Shown piece by piece: positions 8,898 through 17,700 of a DNA stretch of 40,150 nucleotides. The DNA is from Clostridia bacterium (GTDB lineage Bacteria; Bacillota; Peptococcia; DRI-13; DTU073). The notes beneath the pieces were generated by a model that made no database searches, was not told the DNA's origin, and was given only the letters and a program-made list of their open reading frames with translations. Both the position numbers and the translations under genes were made by a program. The stretch is from NCBI GenBank assembly GCA_012841935.1, contig DUTS01000062.1:1-40150 (forward strand), in the 5' to 3' direction. Each line of letters begins with the position of its first letter. Positions within the stretch are counted from its first letter, which is position 1.

Positions 8898-9497
8898 TTA
8901 CACATCCTTCATTAGGCTTTTCATTCTAGCCGTAATTTCAGTGGTTACTTTTGCTAAATCATCTGCTGAAATTTTTTGTCCTTCACATAGTGAATAATAA
9001 TAGGGTTCACCAATCCTTACTTTTATTTTACCCCTAATAGTGAGTGGAAATGTAGTCCTTGTACCCTCAAGGTACAAGGGAACAATTGGGGCTTGGGCCC
9101 TTAAAGCCAAATGTGCAGCCCCTGGATGAAAAGGAAGCAATTTTCCGGTTTCACCCCTTTTACCTTCAGGAAAAAGACCAATAACTTTATTTTCCTTTAA
9201 TAATTTATTTGCTTGTCGTATAGCCCGGCGATCTGCTTGACCGCGTTTTACCGGAAAAGCATTAAGACGTGAAATTAACTTACCTAAAATAGGAATCTGA
9301 AATAATTCTTCTTTAGCCATAAAACAAACCGGGCGATTCACAGAACAAGCAAAAACAACCGGATCCCAAAGGGAAACATGATTAGCAATTAAAACAAGGG
9401 GTCCCTCCTGTGGAATGTTTTCCTGACCCTTAATTTGCCAATGGTTAAAAATTAACAAATAAAATTTTATTAGATTTTTTAAAAGAGCATAAAGCAT
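8898..9497 (-). CDS. plsC: 1-acyl-sn-glycerol-3-phosphate acyltransferase
   Basis: 199 aa with the acyltransferase motifs NHVSLWD (HX4D) and FPEGKRG. Confidence 0.9.
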   Translation of the reverse strand: MLYALLKNLIKFYLLIFNHWQIKGQENIPQEGPLVLIANHVSLWDPVVFACSVNRPVCFMAKEELFQIPILGKLISRLNAFPVKRGQADRRAIRQANKLLKENKVIGLFPEGKRGETGKLLPFHPGAAHLALRAQAPIVPLYLEGTRTTFPLTIRGKIKVRIGEPYYYSLCEGQKISADDLAKVTTEITARMKSLMKDV

Positions 9498-9499
9498 AA

Positions 9500-10192
9500 T
9501 TAGTCGCTTTCCTTTTCCTTGATTAAATCAAGAATTTTTTGGACAACCTCAGCGGGAGTCAAAAAAGTAGTGTCAATAATTACGGCATCAGTTGCCGGAA
9601 TTAAGGGACTTGCTTTTCTATTTTGATCATAAGTATCACGACGTGCCAAATCTGCTTTAACCATTTCTAAAGTGTGCCGATGTCCTCCTGCATTTAATTC
9701 TAAACAACGCCGCCGTGCTCTTTCCTTCAAAGAAGCTGTTAAAAATATTTTACAATCAGCATTAGGCAAAACTACTGTACCTGCATCTCGACCATCCATA
9801 ACAACATTATTTTTTTGGGCCAATTTACGCTGTAATTTGACTAATTCTTGCCTAACCAAACCGTGTGCGGCTACCTGAGATACATGCCGACTAACTAAAG
9901 GTTCCCGAATTGCCAGGGTAAGATCTAGATCATTACAATAAATTTTAGGTTTAGCCTCTTTTTGTTGTACCATATCAAGATTAACAGAAGTAGTCAATTT
10001 AGCCAAGGCTGCCTCATCATCTAAGGGGATCCCTTGTTGTAAAGCAGTATATGTAATTGCCCGATACATTGCTCCAGTATCAATATATAAAAACCTTAAT
10101 TTATCCGCAAGTTTTTTAGCAATCGTACTTTTACCTGCCCCAGCTGGACCATCAATCGTAATTTGAATGACTAACTCCTCCTTTTTAATCAT
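9500..10192 (-). CDS. cmk: Cytidylate kinase
   Basis: 230 aa with a P-loop (ITIDGPAGAGKST) and a Cmk core (YIDTGAMYRA, DGRDAGTVV). Confidence 0.95.
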   Translation of the reverse strand: MIKKEELVIQITIDGPAGAGKSTIAKKLADKLRFLYIDTGAMYRAITYTALQQGIPLDDEAALAKLTTSVNLDMVQQKEAKPKIYCNDLDLTLAIREPLVSRHVSQVAAHGLVRQELVKLQRKLAQKNNVVMDGRDAGTVVLPNADCKIFLTASLKERARRRCLELNAGGHRHTLEMVKADLARRDTYDQNRKASPLIPATDAVIIDTTFLTPAEVVQKILDLIKEKESD

Positions 10193-10230
10193 CCCTTATT
10201 TTATCATAGTTTATGATAAAGTTAACTAAG

Positions 10231-10267
10231 AAAATAAAACAATCTCCCGAAAAAGTTCAGAAGATTG
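10231..10267 (-). terminator. Rho-independent terminator after aroH
   Basis: The minus-strand RNA reads CAAUCUUCUGAA-CUUU-UUCGGGAGAUUG (12-bp stem including two G-U pairs) followed by UUUUAUUUU. It starts 2 nt after the aroH stop. Confidence 0.7.
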
Positions 10268-10268
10268 C

Positions 10269-10622
10269 TTATAAATCTGACCGTAAATCAACCGCTCTAT
10301 TTAAATATAAATGACAAACCTTAGTATCTGTTTTTAAATAAGCATGGAGCAAAAGGCGGATACACAAAGGCAGCCCATGAGAAACATTTGCCTCCACAGC
10401 ACCAAGCAGTGGCACTTTATTTAGGCCCATTAATCTAGCAGCTTTAGCAGGAAATTCGGCTGTCAAATCAGGTGTTGTGGTAAAAATAATACTAACTAAA
10501 TCCTTAGTTTGCAAATTATTTGCCTCCAAAAGAGCCCTAAGTAAATGTTTAGTTTCTTTTAAAATAGCTTCTGATGTATTAGCCTCAACTGTTGTTGCTC
10601 CGCGAATTCCATAAATTCTCAT
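10269..10622 (-). CDS. aroH: Monofunctional chorismate mutase, AroH class
   Basis: 117 aa. MRIYGIRGATTVEANTSEAI...IFTTTPDL is the hallmark AroH N-terminus. Its ATG overlaps the upstream gene's stop (ATGA). Confidence 0.92.
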   Translation of the reverse strand: MRIYGIRGATTVEANTSEAILKETKHLLRALLEANNLQTKDLVSIIFTTTPDLTAEFPAKAARLMGLNKVPLLGAVEANVSHGLPLCIRLLLHAYLKTDTKVCHLYLNRAVDLRSDL

Positions 10623-11041
10623 ACTTCTTTAAAGGGTGCCACACGATGTGCCAAACCGATAGCTACCTCATCCAAATGCAGCAAGCCGACACCTAAAAAA
10701 ACGACAACACTCAAATGATCCTTCTGTCGGGCAATCCCTATTTTCCCTCCCACATTTAAACCCAATGCTTTGGGCATAATTTGCGATAGAGCCTCACGCG
10801 TAGCCCCAGCAATAGCCCCTTCATCATAATGACTATCTGTAATAACTCCTTCTCTTTTGGCTGCTACAACCGCTCTTTCAATAATTTTCTTAATTGAAGT
10901 AATATATTCTCCACCGATATTAACAGCCGCGGTTCGAATACCAACCAAAGAAAACTCATCCTTTAATTTTTGTTCAGCCTCCCGACTTTCAGTTAAAGAC
11001 ATTTTAATAGCCGCAGCTGCAATTTTTTTAGAACCAGTCAT
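10619..11041 (-). CDS. HutP-family protein (homologue of the hut-operon RNA-binding antiterminator)
   Basis: 140 aa. It resembles HutP along its whole length as I recall the family (IGxxAxxxxL..., ...AVVAAKREGVI..., GAIAGATREALSQI, HLSVVVFLGVGLLHLDEVAIGL). No hut genes are in the window. Confidence 0.75.
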   Translation of the reverse strand: MTGSKKIAAAAIKMSLTESREAEQKLKDEFSLVGIRTAAVNIGGEYITSIKKIIERAVVAAKREGVITDSHYDEGAIAGATREALSQIMPKALGLNVGGKIGIARQKDHLSVVVFLGVGLLHLDEVAIGLAHRVAPFKEV

Positions 11042-11104
11042 TACAAACCAACCTTTACATTCATTATCAATTAAAATTTTATTATAAGGACATTAAAATA
11101 GCAA

Positions 11105-11572
11105 CTATTTCAGGCTAATAGTTGCTAAATAAATCCTACCAACACCTTTTACTTGTGTTTCTAAACTAGGTACAAGAATATTGGGTGTTTTTTTATCAAC
11201 CTTAACAAGAACAGGTAATTCAGTTTGAGGATTGAACAAAGTGATTAAATCACCTTTTTTAACATTAAAACTAACTTCATTACGGGAAAAATCGGCAATT
11301 TTTTCACCATTAATAATTATTTCTACATCAGGTCTTTGTGGATAATTCATTAGTTTTAAAGTTAAATTGGCCCAAGGAATTGAACTAATTCCTCCTGCCA
11401 ATTGTAAATGATCATTTAAAAATGGTTCACCCTCTAAATAAATAGCCAAATTTAATTTACTGTTAAACGCGGGAAATAAATGCAATAATTGAATGGTAAA
11501 GACTAGTAAAAAGCAAATCAAAAAACAAATTAGCAACAAAAACTCCATCTTTTTCGGATAAATTTGTTTCAT
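11105..11572 (-). CDS. Hypothetical membrane-anchored protein
   Basis: 155 aa with one N-terminal TM helix (FLLLICFLICFLLVFTI). SD AAGGAG is present. It is co-directional with, and 28 nt downstream of, rluB. No family was recognised. Confidence 0.6.
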   Translation of the reverse strand: MKQIYPKKMEFLLLICFLICFLLVFTIQLLHLFPAFNSKLNLAIYLEGEPFLNDHLQLAGGISSIPWANLTLKLMNYPQRPDVEIIINGEKIADFSRNEVSFNVKKGDLITLFNPQTELPVLVKVDKKTPNILVPSLETQVKGVGRIYLATISLK

Positions 11573-11600
11573 GAATTCTCCTTAGTATTGATCTTTTTAA

Positions 11601-12326
11601 TTATTTTATCCCACAAACTTTTTTTAAATCCTTAATTTCTTCATTATTTAATTTTCGATAAGCCCCACTTTTTAGATCTCCCAATTCCAAAGGTCCAAAA
11701 CAAATTCTTTTTAAAGAAATTACCGGGTGGTCTACATGTTTACACATTCTACGAATCTGTCTATTGCGGCCCTCACTAATGGTTATTTTTAACAGAGTTG
11801 TTTGCGGTCTTAGCTCAAGTAATTTTACCTTTGCCGGATAAGTAGGACCATCTTCTAAAAGAATCCCCTTTGCCAATTTTCTGATAGTATTTTTGTTGAC
11901 CTGTCCCTCAACTAATACCAAATAGGTTTTAGTAATCCCATAACGGGGATGAGTCAAGCGATTGGTCAATTGACCATCATTGGTCAACAGCAAAAGTCCC
12001 TCAGAATTGTAATCTAAACGTCCTACCGGATAAATACGTTCTTTTACCTCTGGCAATAAATCAATAATTTTTCGTCTTCCCCGGGGATCTGACAAAGTAG
12101 TTACCACCTGACGTGGTTTATTTAATAAGTAATATACATAAGCATCTGGAGTAGAAATTTTCTGATTCTTAATTTCGACAAGATCCTTTCCAGGTGCAAC
12201 CTTAAACCCCAATTCAGTAACTATTTTCCCATTTACCTTGACCAAACCATTAATAATCATTTTTTCTGCTTTACGCCGTGAAGTTATGCCACAGCGAGCA
12301 ATATATTTTTGTAAACGTTCCACCAA
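11601..12326 (-). CDS. rluB: 23S rRNA pseudouridine synthase RluB-type
   Basis: 241 aa with an S4 domain (RLQKYIARCGITSRRKAEKMI) and the RsuA/RluB catalytic motif GRLDYNSEGLLLLTNDG. The start is TTG 12326 or GTG 12323, after GAGGTGA. Confidence 0.92.
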   Translation of the reverse strand: MVERLQKYIARCGITSRRKAEKMIINGLVKVNGKIVTELGFKVAPGKDLVEIKNQKISTPDAYVYYLLNKPRQVVTTLSDPRGRRKIIDLLPEVKERIYPVGRLDYNSEGLLLLTNDGQLTNRLTHPRYGITKTYLVLVEGQVNKNTIRKLAKGILLEDGPTYPAKVKLLELRPQTTLLKITISEGRNRQIRRMCKHVDHPVISLKRICFGPLELGDLKSGAYRKLNNEEIKDLKKVCGIK

Positions 12327-12386
12327 AGTTCACCTCATAATTATTATATACTAAAAAAGCTTCCTTAAAATTATAAATTCTAATAT

Positions 12387-12902
12387 CTAAAAAAGGTAAC
12401 TAACAATAAATAATGAAGCCAAAAAAGCTACTAAATCAGCAAAAAGACCTACTCCCAATGAATAGCGATATTTTTTAACTCCCACAGAACCAAAATAAAC
12501 TGCCAATATAAAAAATGTGGTATCAGTACTGCCCTGCATCGTCGAGGCCAAACGTCCTAAAAAGGAATCAGGTCCATATGTATTAATTATTTCCACAGCA
12601 ATGCCTAAAGCAGCACCTCCGGACAAAGGCCGCATTAGGGCTAAAGGCAATATTTCTGCAGGAAAAAAACGCCCAGCATATTTTTCCAAGAGGTCGATTA
12701 TTCCGGCTTGTCTAAAAACACTCACAGCCATCATCATGGCAATTAAAAATGGAATTATTTTTACCACAATTTTAATTCCCTCTTGGGCACCTTCCACAAA
12801 AGCTTCATAAATTCTAACCTTTTGAAAAGCGGCATAAAGCAAAATAAAAAAAATAAAGCCGGGAATAGCCCAACGAGAAAGTTCATAAAATATTGTTTGC
12901 AT
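12387..12902 (-). CDS. spmB: Spore maturation protein B
   Basis: It has the SpmB/nucleoside-recognition membrane fold. The preferred start is ATG 12902 (MQTIFYEL...), which forms a TAATG stop/start overlap with spmA and follows GGAGAAGGGGAGGG. The ORF-track start at 12932 would overlap spmA by 31 nt. Confidence 0.88.
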   Translation of the reverse strand: MQTIFYELSRWAIPGFIFFILLYAAFQKVRIYEAFVEGAQEGIKIVVKIIPFLIAMMMAVSVFRQAGIIDLLEKYAGRFFPAEILPLALMRPLSGGAALGIAVEIINTYGPDSFLGRLASTMQGSTDTTFFILAVYFGSVGVKKYRYSLGVGLFADLVAFLASLFIVSYLF

Positions 12903-13495
12903 TACCCTCCCCTTCTCCTTTGATAAAGACAACTCATTATTCTATCGGTAATTAGGGCTACCATAAAACCTAGTGTGGTTGCAAACAATGTTGTACCAAT
13001 AATCTCAGTGGGATTTTTTGATCCGGCGGCCAAACGAATACCAATTATAGTTGCTGGCAAAAGGGTAATATTAGAAGTATTCATGGCCAAAAAAGTACAC
13101 ATAGCTTCACTAGCCTCATTTTTTTGGGGATTAATTTTTTGTAATTCCTGCATGGCCTTTAAACCAAAAGGGGTAGCTGCATTCCCCAAACCGAGCAAAT
13201 TCGCACTGAAATTCATAATAATTGAGCCTACAGCTGGGTGATTAGCTGGCAGAGAAGGAAATAATAGTTGAGTAAAAGGACGTAATATTTTAGCAAGAGC
13301 CTTTACTAAGCCCGCCTCCTCGGCTATTTTCATAAACCCCAACCAAAGACTCATAATCCCGATTAATTCCAGTGCGTATTTCACCGCCGCTTGAGCTGCC
13401 TGAAACATGGCCTCAGTTATAATTTCCGGTTGTCCGCGTATACCGGCTAAAACAATACCCATACCGATCATTACTAACCAAATCAAATTGATCAT
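12902..13495 (-). CDS. spmA: Spore maturation protein A
   Basis: 197 aa starting MINLIWLVMI.... It belongs to the Gate/nucleoside-recognition domain family and is paired with spmB as in B. subtilis. Confidence 0.9.
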   Translation of the reverse strand: MINLIWLVMIGMGIVLAGIRGQPEIITEAMFQAAQAAVKYALELIGIMSLWLGFMKIAEEAGLVKALAKILRPFTQLLFPSLPANHPAVGSIIMNFSANLLGLGNAATPFGLKAMQELQKINPQKNEASEAMCTFLAMNTSNITLLPATIIGIRLAAGSKNPTEIIGTTLFATTLGFMVALITDRIMSCLYQRRRGG

Positions 13496-13569
13496 TAGTA
13501 CCCCTAGTCCATTCTTTTTCTTTAGTTAACTTATGAAAGAAGGACAGTCTTTAGAACAAAAGCAGGGTA

Positions 13570-14010
13570 TTAATCCATAATTTCAATCTGTGGGTCATTA
13601 TTAAATGTCTTTTTTTCTTTTTGACAAACTAAATTTTGCAACTGATCTATTAATTCAGGTGTTGTATCAATTAATCGTTCTAAAAAAGCATTTCTACTAT
13701 CTACGACCATTAAACGGACTTCACCATGACCCACTACTAAAAAACCTACCGGTTTAACGGAGACACCAGCTCCACTTCCACCCCCAAAGGGCAAAACCTC
13801 ATCTTCTTCGATAGGTTTGTTTTTTTTACCACAAAAAAAACCAAACTCACTACCTCCAGCGGCAAAACCACAAGCCACACGGGAAACAGGGATAATTACT
13901 GTTCCATCCGGGGCTTCAACAGCATCACCAACTACTGTACTAATATTTACCATTTCCTTAATACTTTCCATTGCTGTTTTCATTAAACCTTCAATTGGAT
14001 GTTCTTGCAT
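13570..14010 (-). CDS. ytfJ: GerW/YtfJ-family sporulation protein
   Basis: 146 aa with the typical YtfJ core (HPIEGLMKTAMESIKEMV...VIIPVSRVACGFAAGGSEF...GGGSGAGVSVKPVGFLVV). Confidence 0.9.
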   Translation of the reverse strand: MQEHPIEGLMKTAMESIKEMVNISTVVGDAVEAPDGTVIIPVSRVACGFAAGGSEFGFFCGKKNKPIEEDEVLPFGGGSGAGVSVKPVGFLVVGHGEVRLMVVDSRNAFLERLIDTTPELIDQLQNLVCQKEKKTFNNDPQIEIMD

Positions 14011-14028
14011 TGAGCTAATTCCCCCTAA

Positions 14029-14574
14029 CTATTTTTTTCCCCGGTATAAAGAATAAAGGATAATAATAATATGACCTAAAGTAAGTTCCAATATACAAGA
14101 AAAATCAATTAAAAAAAGGTTTTGAGCCTGAAAATTGGGCTTAATAATTATTTGATTATTAGCAGCATTAAGTACTAATTGTGTACTTAATGCACCCCAT
14201 AAACCCCATAAAACACCAACACCTAAGGCTGTTTGGGCAGGACCGGGAAGAGCCATTTCAATATGAAAACAAAACTTCTTCAGTTTAATTTTTTTCATGA
14301 TTTGTGGTAAAAAATCAATCAAGATTTGTTTTAAACACACTAAACGTAAAAAACTTGTTGACTTGCCTGTATCTTTAAAAATACGCCGCTTCCAAAATTT
14401 TTTTTCGGTAATCTTACCCCAAAGAGGAATAGGCAGACTTGGTAATTGCAAAACTTTTTGTTTAAACACTATAAGATAAAAATAAAAACAATCAAGCTGA
14501 GGGGAAAGTCTCAGCTTAATTTTTAAAGGGAAAAAAAAGATGAACAAAATTATAATCACCAAAAAAATAAGCAT
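14029..14574 (-). CDS. DUF2953/YtfI-like sporulation membrane protein
   Basis: It sits immediately upstream of ytfJ, as ytfI does in B. subtilis. It has an N-terminal TM helix (MLIFLVIIILFIFFFPLKIKL). ATG 14574 follows GGGGAG at 4 nt. The ORF-track start 14649 has no SD. Confidence 0.7.
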   Translation of the reverse strand: MLIFLVIIILFIFFFPLKIKLRLSPQLDCFYFYLIVFKQKVLQLPSLPIPLWGKITEKKFWKRRIFKDTGKSTSFLRLVCLKQILIDFLPQIMKKIKLKKFCFHIEMALPGPAQTALGVGVLWGLWGALSTQLVLNAANNQIIIKPNFQAQNLFLIDFSCILELTLGHIIIILYSLYRGKK

Positions 14575-14714
14575 GCTTCTCCCCTTTTCCACTATATTTT
14601 CCCTTTTAGTATAACCAAAGACATTAACTGATAAAATTGACTTATACAATTATTTTATATAAAATTTAATTAAACAGTTTTGCCAATTCGCAAATATAGG
14701 AGGTAACATAACAA

Positions 14715-16418
14715 ATGAACCAAAATGCATTACAAATTTACGAGCGTTGGCTGCAATCGGAAATCATTGATTCCCAAAGTAAACAAGAATTATTAAAATT
14801 GCGGGCTCATCCGGAAAAAATCGTGGAACTTTTCGGTTCCGAATTAGCTTTTGGAACTGGGGGTTTAAGAGGAATCATGGGCATTGGCTTAAATCGTATG
14901 AATATTTATACTCTTAGGAAGACAACACAAGGATTAGCCAATTATTTAATTGAAAACCAAAAAAGCGATGAATTAAAAGTTGTAATTGCCTATGATACCC
15001 GCATGTATTCCCGGGAATTTGCTGAAGAAGCTGCCTTAGTATTAGCAGCTAATGGTATTCAAGCACTGGTTTTCCCGGAACCACGTCCTACACCTTTATT
15101 ATCCTTTGCTGTTAGGGAATTAAAGTGTGCTGCCGGAGTTGTGATCACCGCCAGTCATAATCCACCAGAATATAATGGTTACAAAGTATATGGTCCAGAT
15201 GGTGCCCAAATTGCAGCCCATTTTCTAGATAATTTAACTTTAGCCATTAAACAAGTAGATATTTTACATACTGTAAAAACGATTAAAAAAGAAACGGCAA
15301 AAACAAAAGGATTGTTACAAATACTTACTTCCGAAATAGATCAAAAATATTTAAATAAAGTTCGAAACCTTTCCCAAGCTAAACCTAAGAAAAAGCTAAA
15401 AGTTGTTTTTACTCCCCTACATGGTACGGGAATGAGCTTTATTCCCACCTTGTTAAAAGAAAGTGGCTACCTAGATTTATTTGTGGTTGAAGAACAGGCC
15501 CAACCTGATCCCTATTTTTCTACCGTAAAAATACCAAATCCAGAGAGCATTTCTTCTTTTAAATTAGCCTTTAAATTAGCTTGCGAAAAAAAGGCTAATT
15601 TAATTATTGCTACAGACCCAGACTGTGACCGCTTGGGCTGTGCCATTAGAGTGAAAGATGAATATCATTTTTTAACTGGTAATCAAATTGGAGCCTTAAT
15701 CCTAGAATATTTCCTTAGTCAACTTAAACTAAAAAACAAATTACCTAACAATGGTGTACTAATTAAAACCGTGGTTACCAATGATTTGGGGAAGAAAATT
15801 GCCGCAGCTTACGGAATTGAAACCTTGGAAACCTTAACCGGTTTTAAATACATAGGTGAAAAAATTAGGAATTTCGAAAAAACAGGTAAATACACTTTTC
15901 TTTTCGGTTATGAAGAAAGTCACGGCTATTTAGTCGACACTTTTACAAGGGATAAAGATGCCAATATTGCCGCCTTATTATTAACCGAATTAACCGCTTA
16001 TTATTGGGAAAAAGGCTTAAACCTTTTAGAAGTTTTGGAGAAATTATATCAAGAGCATGGTTATTTCGCCGAAGATTTAATTTCTATGGAGGTACAAAAT
16101 CAAAAAATGGTTTCCGAAATCATGTCCATCTTAAAACAAGAAGTCCCAAAAGCAGCCTCATTACAAGCAGTAGAAAAAAGGGACTTTGAACTTGGCAAAA
16201 GGTATAATTTAATCACCAATGAAATTTCCGAACTTGATTTTCCTCAATCCAAAGTACTTGCTTATCATTATAATGATCATTCCTGGTTTGCTTTTCGCCC
16301 CTCAGGTACAGAACCTAAAGTAAAATTTTATTTTTCCGCTATTGGCAAAAACCAGAAGGAAGCAGAAAAGAAATTAGAAAACCTGAAAAAAACGGTGCTA
16401 GAATTAATAAAAGGGTAG
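14715..16418 (+). CDS. pgcA: Phospho-sugar mutase (phosphoglucomutase/phosphomannomutase, PgcA-type)
   Basis: 567 aa with the active-site loop TASHNPPEYNGYK, the metal loop DPDCDR and the sugar loop GYEESHG. SD AGGAGG is present. Confidence 0.92.
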   Translation: MNQNALQIYERWLQSEIIDSQSKQELLKLRAHPEKIVELFGSELAFGTGGLRGIMGIGLNRMNIYTLRKTTQGLANYLIENQKSDELKVVIAYDTRMYSREFAEEAALVLAANGIQALVFPEPRPTPLLSFAVRELKCAAGVVITASHNPPEYNGYKVYGPDGAQIAAHFLDNLTLAIKQVDILHTVKTIKKETAKTKGLLQILTSEIDQKYLNKVRNLSQAKPKKKLKVVFTPLHGTGMSFIPTLLKESGYLDLFVVEEQAQPDPYFSTVKIPNPESISSFKLAFKLACEKKANLIIATDPDCDRLGCAIRVKDEYHFLTGNQIGALILEYFLSQLKLKNKLPNNGVLIKTVVTNDLGKKIAAAYGIETLETLTGFKYIGEKIRNFEKTGKYTFLFGYEESHGYLVDTFTRDKDANIAALLLTELTAYYWEKGLNLLEVLEKLYQEHGYFAEDLISMEVQNQKMVSEIMSILKQEVPKAASLQAVEKRDFELGKRYNLITNEISELDFPQSKVLAYHYNDHSWFAFRPSGTEPKVKFYFSAIGKNQKEAEKKLENLKKTVLELIKG

Positions 16419-16437
16419 GAAAACATCCTACCCTTTT
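16409..16437. terminator. Bidirectional rho-independent terminator between convergent pgcA and scpB
   Basis: AAAA-GGGTAGGA-aaaca-TCCTACCC-TTTT: an 8-bp GC-rich stem flanked by an A-run and a T-run. It overlaps both stop codons. Confidence 0.75.
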
Positions 16438-16945
16438 ATAATTTCGGTAATTCTTGTAAATCCTTAAGGCCCATATATTTTAAAAAACTAGCCGTAGTAC
16501 CATATAAAATAGGTCTACCAGGTGCCTCCTCACGCCCTACCTCGGCTATTAAATCCCGATTTAACAAAGTATTTAAGGCACTATCACTGTTAACTCCTCT
16601 TAATTGATCAATTTTACCTTTAGTAACAGGTTGTTGATAAGCAATTATAGCCAAGGTTTCTAGGGCAGCTTGTGTTAACGTATTTAAACGTGGTTTAACC
16701 AATTTTTCAATATAAGGTGCATATTCTGGACGTGTAGTAAAAAAATATCCCCCAGCCACTTCTTGTAAACAAAACCCTTTTCTTTCACGTTCACAATCGG
16801 CTTTAATTTCATTTAACAATATTTTAAGATCATATTGGGGACAGTCGATAATTTCAGCCATAGTTTTCAAAGAAAGAGGTTCATCAGAAACAAATAACAA
16901 GGCCTCAATAATGCTTTTTGTTTCATCAGGAAAAAGTGTCGGCAT
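16436..16945 (-). CDS. scpB: Segregation and condensation protein B
   Basis: ScpB wHTH repeats are present ([15 protein letters not shown]..., [29 protein letters not shown]). ATG 16945 (MPTLFPDE) follows GAGGAGG. The longer ORF-track start 16993 lies inside scpA. Confidence 0.92.
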   Translation of the reverse strand: [169 protein letters not shown]

Positions 16946-17690
16946 TAAAAGATTCCTCCTCTGAATGAAGTAAATAAAGATAAAGATCATCAAATAATTT
17001 TTTTTGTTTTAATAAAATTTGTTTTAACCTTACTAATTCAAGAAGAGCTAAAAAGGTTACGATTACTTCCTCTTTACTTACGGCCTGATTAATTAGTTGG
17101 TAAAAAGAAAGTCCCTGCGGATTTTGGCTTAATTGAGTTAAAATGTAGTTGAGCTGTTTTTGAATAGTAATCTCTTCTTTGGGCAGCGAAATTGGCTTAG
17201 TGTGCCCTTTTTTTTGAATTAATACTTTTTCAAAAACAGCAACCAAATCTTGCCAAGTTATAGAACCAATGGGATTAGGTGGAGGAAATTTTTCTAATAA
17301 AGCCTTTTCATTTATCTGACGAGGAAAACATTTTGCCTGCTCGGCAGCTAATTGTTCAAAAGTCTTTACTTTTTCTTGATATTTTTTATATTCAAGCAGT
17401 CTTTTAACTAATTCCTCCCGAGGATCAGGCCCCTCTTCCTCTGTTTCAGGTTCAACCACTGGTTGAGGTAAAAGCATTTGGGCTTTAATAGCCAATAATG
17501 TACAGGCCATGACAATAAATTCACTGGTTAAATCTAAATCTATTTCCCGGGCTTTATCTAAATAATCTAAATACTGTTGAGTAATGATTGCAATAGGAAT
17601 ATTATAAATATCAATTTTATTTTCTTCAATTAAATGCAAGAGAAGGTCTAAAGGACCTTCAAAAATGGGTAATTTTACCCGATAATTCAT
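16926..17690 (-). CDS. scpA: Segregation and condensation protein A
   Basis: The kleisin ScpA N-terminus is present (MNYRVKLPIFEGPLDLLLHLIEENKIDIYNIPIA). ATG 17690 follows GAGGTGGGAG. The ORF-track start 17720 overlaps trpS. Confidence 0.92.
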   Translation of the reverse strand: MNYRVKLPIFEGPLDLLLHLIEENKIDIYNIPIAIITQQYLDYLDKAREIDLDLTSEFIVMACTLLAIKAQMLLPQPVVEPETEEEGPDPREELVKRLLEYKKYQEKVKTFEQLAAEQAKCFPRQINEKALLEKFPPPNPIGSITWQDLVAVFEKVLIQKKGHTKPISLPKEEITIQKQLNYILTQLSQNPQGLSFYQLINQAVSKEEVIVTFLALLELVRLKQILLKQKKLFDDLYLYLLHSEEESFNADTFS

Positions 17691-17700
17691 TCTCCCACCT

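Noticed and set aside
11042-11104. HutP-type UAG-N4-UAG-N4-UAG binding repeats in the leader of the hutP-like gene and nearby intergenic regions
   Set aside because: I could not find such a spaced triplet array by eye in the intergenic regions inspected. A proper pattern scan of the whole genome is needed, so no site is claimed.
12903-12932. Longer N-terminal extensions offered by the ORF track for spmB (12932), scpB (16993), scpA (17720), the ytfI-like gene (14649) and spoIIM (31776)
   Set aside because: The extensions lack SD sequences, overlap the upstream gene or promoter, and add non-conserved residues. Internal ATGs with strong SDs match the family N-termini.
16004-16189. A 61-aa plus-strand ORF inside pgcA
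   Set aside because: It is an out-of-frame ORF within a strongly supported phosphoglucomutase gene, with no SD.
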